This document shows, one piece after another, positions 8,975-16,276 of a stretch of DNA of 24,000 nt. The stretch covers positions 15,302 through 39,301 of the forward strand of contig NZ_CAMZOG010000022.1 of assembly GCF_947331445.1 (NCBI RefSeq), given 5' to 3'. The position numbers and the translations under genes were made by a program. This stretch comes from Parendozoicomonas sp. Alg238-R29 (lineage in GTDB: Bacteria; Pseudomonadota; Gammaproteobacteria; Pseudomonadales; Endozoicomonadaceae). Below the pieces are notes generated by a model. It saw only the letters and a program-made list of their open reading frames with translations, did not search any database and was not told where the DNA came from. The first letter of the stretch is position 1. Every line of letters begins with the position of its first letter.

Positions 8975-10670
8975 CAGTTTGGTGAAGGCTTTTCGCGATA
9001 TCTGGCCTTACCTGAAACTCACAGGGCGTTATGGTGGGCGGTTTGGTATTGGTTACCTGTTGTCTTTAGCGACGCTGGTAGCCAGTGTTGGGTTGCTGGC
9101 TTTGTCCGGTTGGTTCATCACCGCAACGGCTCTGGCCGGACTGACAGTTGCCACAGCTCAGGTATTTAACTTCTTTACTCCTGGAGCCGGAGTCCGCGGA
9201 TTTTCTATTGCCCGTACTGCAGGTCGCTATGGTGAACGGCTGGTGACTCACGATGCCACATTCCGTTTGCTGGCCGGTTTGCGAGTCTGGTTCTTTGAAA
9301 AGGTCGAGCCGCTGGCTCCAGCAGGGTTGAGAAACTTTCGGCAGGCTGACCTGCTGAACCGGCTGGTGGCGGATATTGATACTCTCGATGGACTGTATCT
9401 TCGCTTGCTGAGCCCGTTATTGCTGGCTGTTACCGGGAGTGTGGCACTCGTTATCCTCAGTGCTGTATTTGCCAGTGGTACCAGTGCTTTTCTAACCGTT
9501 GTACTGGCAGGTATTGTTTTGATTCTTCCGGGGCTGTTTTACCGACTTGGCAGGGAATCTGGCGATAGTTTGGTAAACACGCGCAGTGTTTTAAGAACCC
9601 GGCTTCTGGATTTTGTTTCCGGACAGACTGAGCTGCATTTATCTGGAGCAACAGCGCGATACCGGGAAAGTATTGAGCAAGCGGAGGCCCAGACTTTTGC
9701 GGATGAAAACAGTATTGCCCGCGTAACAGGTTTATCCCTGTTTCTCATCACATGGCTAACGGGCGTAACGGTTGCCGGAGTTTTATGGCTCGGTATCCAT
9801 GATATGCAGGCGGCTTCATTGGAAGGCCCGTTCGTTGTTATGTTGGTGCTGGCAACCATGGCCGCTTTTGAAGCGATTATGCCACTGCCCGGAGCTTTTC
9901 AGATGCTGGGGCAAACTCGCCGCTCTGCCGTGCGGCTGTCGGAAGTGGCCGAACAGAAACCTGTTGTTGTTTTTCCTGGTAAATCGTTGAACGAAGAAGA
10001 CGATTTGTTCTCAGCTGGTCGGTTGGATATACACGGTGTCAGCTTCAGTTATCCAACCAATAATTCTGTACTCCGTCACTTTAATCTGACGCTTGAACCG
10101 GGCGAGCGAGTTGCACTTGTTGGCCCAACCGGCTGTGGTAAATCTACTCTTTTACAGCTGTTAACTCGGGACTGGCCTTGTGAAGGTTCCATTTCCCTTA
10201 ATGGACAATTACTGGAAAGCTTTTCAGAACGTGATCTGCGCCGCCAGATGGCAGTGATGCCCCAGCGGATTCATATGTTCAGCGCAACTCTGCGGGATAA
10301 CCTGTTAATGGCCTGCACATCTGCAATCGATAAGCTCAGTGATGAATCACTGCTGGAAGTGCTGGAACAGGTTGGTTTGAATCATCTGGCTCCGGAACAT
10401 GAACTGCTGGATATCTGGTTTGGTGCGGCCGGGCAGTCGCTTTCTGGAGGAGAGCTGCGTCGTATAGGTTTAGCCAGAGTCTTACTTAGATTGCGTGATC
10501 CAGACTGCCGACTGGTTCTTCTTGATGAACCTACGGAAGGTCTGGACCCGGAAACTGAGGGGCGGATGATTGCGGTGCTAAATGAAGAGCTATTGGGTAA
10601 AACATTATTGATGGTGACCCATCGCCCAGCAGCTCTGGAGTTAGTTGAACGAGTAGTTAAACTTGATTGA
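8967..10670 (+). CDS. cydC: Cysteine/glutathione ABC exporter subunit CydC (C-terminus shorter than expected)
   Basis: 567-aa ORF with a CydC-like TMD (LSGWFITATALAG, GVRGFSIARTAGRYGERLVTHDATFRLL, LLNRLVADIDTLDGLYLRLLSP). The NBD has Walker A GPTGCGKST, signature LSGGELRR, Walker B LVLLDEPTEGLD and H-loop MVTHR. Only 14 residues follow the H-loop. Confidence 0.9.
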   Translation: MSNSLVKAFRDIWPYLKLTGRYGGRFGIGYLLSLATLVASVGLLALSGWFITATALAGLTVATAQVFNFFTPGAGVRGFSIARTAGRYGERLVTHDATFRLLAGLRVWFFEKVEPLAPAGLRNFRQADLLNRLVADIDTLDGLYLRLLSPLLLAVTGSVALVILSAVFASGTSAFLTVVLAGIVLILPGLFYRLGRESGDSLVNTRSVLRTRLLDFVSGQTELHLSGATARYRESIEQAEAQTFADENSIARVTGLSLFLITWLTGVTVAGVLWLGIHDMQAASLEGPFVVMLVLATMAAFEAIMPLPGAFQMLGQTRRSAVRLSEVAEQKPVVVFPGKSLNEEDDLFSAGRLDIHGVSFSYPTNNSVLRHFNLTLEPGERVALVGPTGCGKSTLLQLLTRDWPCEGSISLNGQLLESFSERDLRRQMAVMPQRIHMFSATLRDNLLMACTSAIDKLSDESLLEVLEQVGLNHLAPEHELLDIWFGAAGQSLSGGELRRIGLARVLLRLRDPDCRLVLLDEPTEGLDPETEGRMIAVLNEELLGKTLLMVTHRPAALELVERVVKLD

Positions 10671-10715
10671 GCGTTTTACCTGTAGAAGTTTTACCATCGG
10701 TTGAGGTGATTGGAT

Positions 10716-11900
10716 CTATTCAATCGTCTCAACAGCTTCAATGCCTTTTGGCTTACCACCATTGTTGTAACCGTTATTGTTGTAACCGCTATTGTTGTAA
10801 CCGCTATTGTTGTAACCACTATTGTTGTAACCAATATTGCGTTCAAATTCTTTCAGTCGTTTGACGACAGACATCAGACTGGTAATAGTGACCCAGTTTT
10901 TGATCAGGTAAGAAAAGCTTTCAGACACATTGGAGAATGCATGAGATACCTGGTTTAAAACCCCCAGAGTGACCAGACCGGCCAGAATCCCCGGTGCAAT
11001 AAGAATGAAATCAGCAATGATAAGAGCCTGATAGAAGAAGTACTCCCAGAGACGGAAGTAGCTGGTATGCATAAACAGGCGGAAATAATTAGTTCTTAAA
11101 CCCGTAAACAGCTCCATAAATGAGGGTAGGTCAGCAAACTGTTTGTCATCTTCTGCATATGTCATCCGCTTTCGGAAAGAAGCCTCTACTCGCTGATTGT
11201 TGTAATGCAGCCCCGGCAGTTTGATTCCCACAATATAAGAAATACCGGTTCCGGCAACTGCGATACCAATCGCCATCCACACCAGTGATCCAGGAACATT
11301 GGCAATAAAATCCATACCAATAAGAGATGAGTAAATCATCTCCTGAGTGTCTGATGGAAGTTCTGCCAGCTTTTCCCTGATATCCGGCATATTTGTGGTA
11401 ATGGTTTCGACCAGTTGAGTGCTGAGAGTCCAGAGAATAGGGATAAAGGCCAGCAGTGTGAGAATGGCTCTGACAAAGCCTAACCCCAGGTCTTCAAGAA
11501 TCAGGGCAAAATCCCGGGTGTCTTCCTGAAGCCTTTGGGATGCCCCTTCGATTTCGTGTTCTGTATGTTGCCAGTAAGGGCGGTAGGAGAATGATATTGC
11601 CTGACGCCAGCGGAAGGTGAAGTGCTGAGCCAGAAAATTAGAGCCTACACGCAGAAACATCAGTGGCATAACCAGATAAACAAACTGCACCAGCAAGCCC
11701 AGAAATTCATATACGGAGGCGCTGGTTTTGTTAACGTCAGAAAGGCCGGCCGCGCCACCAAGTAAGTCCCAGATGACCCGATACCAGTCATTGAGCTGGG
11801 CCAACAGGTAGACTTCGGCTACGACCAGAGCGATCAACAGAGTCATGCCGCCCCAGGCCCACATTCTCCACTCTTTAGATAAGAAAAAACTACGTAGCAT
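10716..11900 (-). CDS. SbmA/BacA-like inner-membrane peptide transporter with a repeat-containing C-terminal tail
   Basis: The ORF track gives 10716..11978. I prefer the ATG at 11900 (MLRSFFLSKEW, compare E. coli SbmA MFKSFF), which is preceded by GAGGGAAcgcc. Family motifs are FTFRWRQA, IEGASQRLQEDTRDFA, VGIKLPGLHYNNQRVEASFRK, NYFRLFMH and YLIKNWVTITSLMSVVKRLKEFE. Confidence 0.85.
   Translation of the reverse strand: MLRSFFLSKEWRMWAWGGMTLLIALVVAEVYLLAQLNDWYRVIWDLLGGAAGLSDVNKTSASVYEFLGLLVQFVYLVMPLMFLRVGSNFLAQHFTFRWRQAISFSYRPYWQHTEHEIEGASQRLQEDTRDFALILEDLGLGFVRAILTLLAFIPILWTLSTQLVETITTNMPDIREKLAELPSDTQEMIYSSLIGMDFIANVPGSLVWMAIGIAVAGTGISYIVGIKLPGLHYNNQRVEASFRKRMTYAEDDKQFADLPSFMELFTGLRTNYFRLFMHTSYFRLWEYFFYQALIIADFILIAPGILAGLVTLGVLNQVSHAFSNVSESFSYLIKNWVTITSLMSVVKRLKEFERNIGYNNSGYNNSGYNNSGYNNNGYNNGGKPKGIEAVETIE
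10761..10835 (-). repeat. In-frame 15-bp tandem repeat x5 encoding (GYNNS/N/G)5 in the SbmA-like C-terminal tail
   Basis: The + strand units are attgttgtaaccgtt, attgttgtaaccgct, attgttgtaaccgct, attgttgtaaccact and attgttgtaaccaat, with partial similarity on both flanks. The minus-strand translation is IGYNNSGYNNSGYNNSGYNNNGYNNGG. Confidence 0.9.
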
Positions 11901-12027
11901 GGCGTTCCCTCTGTCATCTATCTGTGCATCGGCTAATGCTTTTATATGTGTGCAGATCGTTCCTGCAACTGACTCCAAACCACTCAGGTCTGCGTACTAT
12001 GGGTAAATGGATGGAGGTTATTCAGAT

Positions 12028-12777
12028 ATGGGACTTCTAAAGAGTTTCCTGGTTCCGCTGGTATTGTCAGTGCCGCTAACAGTGCAGGCAGCGACAATAT
12101 CATTGGATTCTGGAGAGCGGCAGAACCGACTTCTGGAGCTTTTTACATCAGAAGGCTGTTCCAGTTGTCCACCAGCAGACGCATTTCTGTCGGAATTAAA
12201 GGAAGACAAAAAATTGTGGAATCCCTGGGTGCCAGTGGCTTTTCATGTTGGTTATTGGGACTATCTCGGCTGGAAGGATGTGTTTGCCCAGCCAAAACAT
12301 CAGGAGCGTCAGTACGCGTATAGAAAGGCTGAACGTTCCAGAGGGGTTTATACGCCGGGATTTTTTATTAACGGTCAGGAGTGGCGTGGCTTCTTTAACT
12401 TATTTCGTAGCCTTCCCGATTACACACCCGCACCAGCAGGTCGTTTGCGGGCAGAGATTGAAGGAGGCCAGTTAAAAGCCACTTTCTCGCCTTTGCCGAG
12501 TGAAGCAGGAAACCCGGGAGGCTTTATTCTGCATTGGGCTTTAACGGGATCGGGTCGTGTTACCAAAGTTCAAAGTGGTGAGAATGCTCGCAGAACTCTT
12601 CCCCATGACTTTGTCGCTTTGGCGTCGGGAACCCTGAACAGTGCGAACCTGTCCTGGTCTGCTGATCTTTCTGTAGAGTCTTATGAGGGACCACTGGCCT
12701 TAAGTCTTTGGGTGACTCCAAGGCGTGACCCGTTCGAGGTTATTCAGGCGACGGGGGGGTGGTTGAGCACTCCCTGA
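12028..12777 (+). CDS. Secreted DUF1223-family thioredoxin-like protein (CxxC)
   Basis: The ORF track starts at 12007. I prefer the ATG at 12028, which has GGAGG 10 nt upstream. The signal peptide is MGLLKSFLVPLVLSVPLTVQA|A. The hallmark DUF1223 block is LELFTSEGCSSCPPADAFL ... VAFHVGYWDYLGWKDVFAQ ... VYTPGFFINGQEW. Confidence 0.85.
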   Translation: MGLLKSFLVPLVLSVPLTVQAATISLDSGERQNRLLELFTSEGCSSCPPADAFLSELKEDKKLWNPWVPVAFHVGYWDYLGWKDVFAQPKHQERQYAYRKAERSRGVYTPGFFINGQEWRGFFNLFRSLPDYTPAPAGRLRAEIEGGQLKATFSPLPSEAGNPGGFILHWALTGSGRVTKVQSGENARRTLPHDFVALASGTLNSANLSWSADLSVESYEGPLALSLWVTPRRDPFEVIQATGGWLSTP

Positions 12778-12907
12778 GTACTGTTTGCAACATATTGACA
12801 CCCTGATCAATCTGGTCGTGATAATTCCTGCAGTAGTGTTGATGGCTTTGCTGAGGGAAGAGGTAACAAAATCTGCGCCTTGCTCTGGTAAAATCTGGAA
12901 GTGCTCT

Positions 12908-13078
12908 TCAATCCCCCGACCTGAATGGCCGATGACTTCCCTCTTGAATTGCCCAGGCAACCAGAACAGTGCCAACCGTTGTAAGAACAGCTGCAAAAGG
13001 GATAGCCGTTTTCTTTGGGCGGATATCCATAGCAAAAAAGATAAAGGCTATAAAGGTCAGCCAGAGCCAGCCTGTCAT
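12908..13078 (-). CDS. Possible 56-aa two-TM small membrane protein (below the ORF-track cutoff)
   Basis: Hand translation gives MTGWLWLTFIAFIFFAMDIRPKKTAIPFAAVLTTVGTVLVAWAIQEGSHRPFRSGD. It has two hydrophobic helices separated by a basic loop (RPKK). There is no convincing Shine-Dalgarno and I recognise no family. It is the only coherent reading of an otherwise empty 439-bp spacer. Confidence 0.3.
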   Translation of the reverse strand: MTGWLWLTFIAFIFFAMDIRPKKTAIPFAAVLTTVGTVLVAWAIQEGSHRPFRSGD

Positions 13079-13089
13079 ATCCAGTGCTC

Positions 13090-13125
13090 GAAGTTTTGAG
13101 GAGGCTAGAAGTTTTGAGGAGGCTG
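13090..13125. repeat. 18-bp tandem direct repeat x2 (plus a partial third unit)
   Basis: The units are gaagttttgaggaggcta (13090-13107) and gaagttttgaggaggctg (13108-13125), followed by gaaaagtt. Each contains GAGGAGG on the + strand, which is CCTCCTC on the minus strand just upstream of the putative 56-aa ORF. Confidence 0.7.
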
Positions 13126-13179
13126 GAAAAGTTAGCTGAAACTGAAGGTATTACAGGGAAGGTGTTGTATGTTTTTGTA

Positions 13180-13204
13180 ACCTGCCAGCTATAGGCTGGC
13201 AGGT
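13180..13204. terminator. GC-rich 10-bp stem-loop 12 nt downstream of the symporter stop (possible terminator or 3' stabiliser)
   Basis: ACCTGCCAGC (13180-13189) and GCTGGCAGGT (13195-13204) form a perfect stem with loop TATAG. The flanking U-tract is poor in both directions, so terminator function is uncertain. Confidence 0.35.
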
Positions 13205-13216
13205 ATTTGGGAGGGA

Positions 13217-14542
13217 TCAGCTGGTTTCAGCGACATTCAAATGATGAACATCAATCTTCTCTTCACTGGTGGCCGCTTCTGGATTGTTGAATGTGTCGAG
13301 ATCAAGCTCTCCTTCAGACTTCGCAACAATACAGGTCACAGCGCAATCACCAGTAATATTAACGGCCGTACGTACCATATCCAGAAGTCGGTCTACGCCC
13401 ATAATTAAGGCGATACCTTCCAGAGGCAGGCCGACTTGTTGCAGAACCATCGCCAGCATTACCAAACCAACGCCTGGCACACCGGCAGTACCCACAGACG
13501 CCAGGGTAGCAGTAAGAATAACTGTCAGGTAATCGCCCATGCCCAGTTCAATACCAAACGCCTGAGAGATGAATACAGTCGCGACACCTTGCATCATGGC
13601 CGTGCCATCCATATTGATCGTGGCACCCAAAGGAATGGTGAAGGATGAAACCTTGTTAGATACCCCCAAGCGACGGCTGACAGTCTCCATGGAAATTGGG
13701 ATGGTGGCATTACTGGAAGCCGTGCTGAATGCGAACATTATGGCATCTTCCATCTTGCGCAGGAAAACACGGGGGCTCAATCCTGCCAGAATTTTCAGCA
13801 TGGAGCAGTAAGTCACCAGCAGGTGAGTAATCAGAACAGCAACGAGCAGAACGAAGTATTTTGCCAGATTGGCGATGGCACCAAATTCGATTTCTGTGAA
13901 CAGGCGCGCCATCAGGGCAAACACTCCATAAGGGGCAATGTTCATCAGCAATGCCACCAGTTTCATCATCACTTCGTTCAGTGACATAAACAGATCGGCG
14001 GTTTTTTTACCTTTATCCCCGGAGGCGGCGATGGATATGCCGAACAGCAGAGCAAACATAATAATCTGCAGGGTATTGCCACTGGCCATGGCATTAACAG
14101 GATTGCTGGGGAACATGCCAATAATCACATTGACCAGTGAGGGCGCTTCTTTGGCAGCAAATGTGGAGGTGCCTTCGAGGTTGGCTCCAGCGCCTGGTTC
14201 AATCAGGAGAGCTCCGAGAATGGCAATGCTGATAGCAATACAGGTGGTCATCAGATAGATGCCAACAGTTTTGAAACCGAGGCGGCCAAGAGAGGTGGCA
14301 TCGCGCAGAGAACAGGTACCGCATACCAGAGAGGTGAAAATGAGAGGGACAACCAGCATCTTCAAACAGGTGATAAAGATTTTGCCGATGACCAGAAACA
14401 AACCATCGGTGAAGTAGGTGGTTACAAATGGGTCAAAAGGGAACAGGGTTCTGGACAGCAGGCCGGTGAACACACCAAACAGCATACCAACAAGAACCTT
14501 GGAGGTTAGGGACAACATCGTCCAGCGTTGAACTACAGTCAT
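13217..14542 (-). CDS. Dicarboxylate/amino acid:cation symporter (DAACS; GltP/GltT-like, probably glutamate/aspartate)
   Basis: 441-aa polytopic ORF with AAGGAAAG upstream of the ATG. DAACS motifs are FSTASSNATIPISME, IPLGATINMDGTAMMQGVATVFISQ, SVGTAGVPG and DRLLDMVRTAVNITGD. The last motif keeps the Arg associated with acidic substrates in GltPh-type carriers. Confidence 0.9.
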   Translation of the reverse strand: MTVVQRWTMLSLTSKVLVGMLFGVFTGLLSRTLFPFDPFVTTYFTDGLFLVIGKIFITCLKMLVVPLIFTSLVCGTCSLRDATSLGRLGFKTVGIYLMTTCIAISIAILGALLIEPGAGANLEGTSTFAAKEAPSLVNVIIGMFPSNPVNAMASGNTLQIIMFALLFGISIAASGDKGKKTADLFMSLNEVMMKLVALLMNIAPYGVFALMARLFTEIEFGAIANLAKYFVLLVAVLITHLLVTYCSMLKILAGLSPRVFLRKMEDAIMFAFSTASSNATIPISMETVSRRLGVSNKVSSFTIPLGATINMDGTAMMQGVATVFISQAFGIELGMGDYLTVILTATLASVGTAGVPGVGLVMLAMVLQQVGLPLEGIALIMGVDRLLDMVRTAVNITGDCAVTCIVAKSEGELDLDTFNNPEAATSEEKIDVHHLNVAETS

Positions 14543-14582
14543 TCAGTCTTTCCTTTGTTGAATTTGTAAAAACCACATGTGT

Positions 14583-14658
14583 CAGGACTGAGCAATATGC
14601 CGCGATAGTCAGCAGCGGGCACTGTCTGCGCAGTGTCGCCAGAAGGCTTGCAGTCCTG
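14583..14658 (-). promoter_or_regulatory. Candidate structured element in the symporter 5' leader (closing helix plus two internal hairpins)
   Basis: On the minus strand, CAGGACTG (14658-14651) pairs with CAGTCCTG (14590-14583) and encloses ~60 nt. The enclosed region contains CACTG-cgcaga-CAGTG and a CCGC...GCGG hairpin. It ends ~40 nt upstream of the ATG. I recognise no known riboswitch consensus. Confidence 0.2.
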
Positions 14659-14958
14659 GTGTGGTGTCTCTTGTCTTGTGTCCGGAGGGAAAGTTAATTT
14701 AACGGGGTTTTACTTCCCAGTGAGCCAGCAAAAAAACAAGGCTGACAGAGACCTAAGTATCAGGTCCAAAATTTAATGAGCCGGACAGGACAGATGGAGT
14801 AAGGCTGACGGGTTGGCAAACTATCAGGGCTTTACCAGAACAGAACATGGCATTGGCTATGTGTTTTTGTAGTTTGTATGCCTATTTTTTGTGGTTTTCT
14901 TCTGTTTGTTGATGTGTTTTTGGGGAAAGTTTTTGTTCGTGTTGATCCCATTAACAAT

Positions 14959-14987
14959 GGGATGAGTCTGAATAACAGACTCATCCC
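14959..14987 (-). terminator. Stem-loop 20 nt downstream of cydX (likely cydABX terminator)
   Basis: A 12-bp perfect stem pairs GGGATGAGTCTG (14959-14970) with CAGACTCATCCC (14976-14987), with loop AATAA. On the minus strand it is followed by ATTGTTAAT, an imperfect U-tract, and then a long G-poor A/C-rich tract. Confidence 0.5.
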
Positions 14988-15007
14988 TAATAAACACTCT
15001 GTAAACG

Positions 15008-15118
15008 TTACTTATCTTCGTTATCAAAATCATGCTCGTGAAATTCATACCACATCACATTAATAATCCCGAATGAGCAGGCTAGCAGCACGCCCAGTAT
15101 CCATGCGAAGTACCACAT
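15008..15118 (-). CDS. cydX: Cytochrome bd-I oxidase small subunit CydX (36 aa)
   Basis: Hand translation gives MWYFAWILGVLLACSFGIINVMWYEFHEHDFDNEDK, close to E. coli CydX (MWYFAWILGTLLACSFGVI...). AGGAGG lies 6 nt upstream (agAGGAGGcgcggtATG). It starts 14 nt after the cydB stop. It is not in the ORF track because it is under 60 aa. Confidence 0.85.
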   Translation of the reverse strand: MWYFAWILGVLLACSFGIINVMWYEFHEHDFDNEDK

Positions 15119-15131
15119 ACCGCGCCTCCTC

Positions 15132-16265
15132 TCAGTAAAGTGAATGGCTGTTGTTTTCAATATGAGCGGAATCCACCCGCCCCCACATTTTGTAGAAGCA
15201 CCAGGTTGTGTATCCCAGAATGACTGGCACCATCACACCGGCAATAAAGGTCATAATCCCCAGAGTTAATTCACTGGATGTGGCATCCCATACTGTGAGG
15301 CTGACATCGGGGTGACTGCTGGATGGCAGAATAAATGGGAACAGAGACAATCCGGCAGTTGCAATAATGCCGCCGACACTCATGGAGCTGGCAATAAAGG
15401 TCAGAGTCGGGAAGTTGCGAACCAGCAGCACAACACCAATGCTGCCCACAAAACCAAGAACCGGTGCCAGTATCGTTAGTGGGTACTGGGAGTAGTTATT
15501 CATCCATGCACCGACTTCACCAAAGGCAACAGTCTTATTCAAAGGGTTGGAAGGCCCGTTAAGATCTATTGCGCTGGTAATTTCATAGCCGGGGAGTTGT
15601 GCAACCCAGATACCTCCAATGGCGAACGTGACCAGTACAACAATGGCAAGAATGCGGGCTATGCCAGAAGCGCGCTTTTGAACAACACCAGACGTCCGCA
15701 GGTTCAACCAGCTGGCTCCCTGCATAAGCAGCATAGACAGGCTGACTACACCACATAACAATGCAAACGGATTAAGCAGGTCAGAGAAGCCGGAGGTGTA
15801 AGAAACCCGCAGGATAGAATCCAGGCTAAATCCATAACCCTGGAACAGATTACCAAAGGCCACACCGAAGATCAGGGCAGGAACGACACCACTGATCACC
15901 AAACCAAGGTCACACCACTTTTTCTGGTGCTCTTCTACTTTGGCCCGGTATTCAAAAGCAATAGGGCGCATCATCAATGAGAACAGAACCACCAGTAAAG
16001 CCCAATAAAAGCCATTAAAGGCGGTGGCATAAACTGTGGGCCAGGCGGCGAAAATGGCACCGGCACCGGTGATCAGCCAAACTTGGTTACCGTCCCAGTG
16101 GGGAGCTACGGCGTTAACCACTATTCGGCGTTCCGCGTCGTTTTTGCCAAGAATAGTCAGCAGGCCTGCGGCACCCAGATCGTAGCCATCCATAATGGCG
16201 AAGCCAATCAGCAGGATGCCGATCAACAGCCACCAGATAAGCTTTAACATTTCATAATCAAACAT
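15132..16265 (-). CDS. cydB: Cytochrome bd-I ubiquinol oxidase subunit II
   Basis: 377-aa ORF, colinear with E. coli CydB. Matching blocks are MFDYEMLKLIWWLLIGILLIGFAIMDGYDLG, APHWDGNQVWLIT, LTVWDATSSELTL and the ending NNSHSLY. Confidence 0.95.
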   Translation of the reverse strand: MFDYEMLKLIWWLLIGILLIGFAIMDGYDLGAAGLLTILGKNDAERRIVVNAVAPHWDGNQVWLITGAGAIFAAWPTVYATAFNGFYWALLVVLFSLMMRPIAFEYRAKVEEHQKKWCDLGLVISGVVPALIFGVAFGNLFQGYGFSLDSILRVSYTSGFSDLLNPFALLCGVVSLSMLLMQGASWLNLRTSGVVQKRASGIARILAIVVLVTFAIGGIWVAQLPGYEITSAIDLNGPSNPLNKTVAFGEVGAWMNNYSQYPLTILAPVLGFVGSIGVVLLVRNFPTLTFIASSMSVGGIIATAGLSLFPFILPSSSHPDVSLTVWDATSSELTLGIMTFIAGVMVPVILGYTTWCFYKMWGRVDSAHIENNSHSLY

Positions 16266-16276
16266 GGCAGCCTCCG

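Noticed and set aside
10668-10760. A frameshifted continuation of CydC after the stop at 10670
   Set aside because: One frame stops after 4 codons (AFYL*). The other reads LSVLPVEVLPSVEVIGSIQ..., which does not match the D-x-G-x-I-x-E-x-G-t-h-x-e-L block closely enough to call.
10761-10835. Whether the 15-bp direct repeats could be a CRISPR-like array
   Set aside because: The units are contiguous with no spacers, are only 15 bp long and lie in frame within a CDS. No cas genes are present.
10667-10958. Plus-strand ORFs with striking CCNRY and IVVT repeats (10667-10864 and 10710-10958)
   Set aside because: They are the 15-bp SbmA-tail repeat read in the other strand and frames. The minus-strand frame continues a well-conserved SbmA/BacA core, so these are artefacts.
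12700-13099. ORFs 12785-13099 (+, 104 aa) and 12700-13035 (-, 111 aa)
   Set aside because: The minus-strand ORF overlaps the DUF1223 3' end. Both have odd Cys/Arg-rich or low-complexity translations, and neither has an SD or family resemblance. The 56-aa two-TM frame is the more coherent reading, though it is also uncertain.
13169-13180. Three-codon mini-ORF ATG-TTT-TTG-TAA with an upstream GGGAAGG, immediately before the 13180-13204 hairpin
   Set aside because: It looks leader-peptide-like, but it points into the 3' end of a convergent gene, so it has nothing to regulate. It is probably coincidence.
14857-15063. ORFs 14857-15048 (-) and 14878-15063 (+)
   Set aside because: They overlap the confidently identified cydX and its terminator in other frames, and their translations are low-complexity and Lys/Asn-rich.
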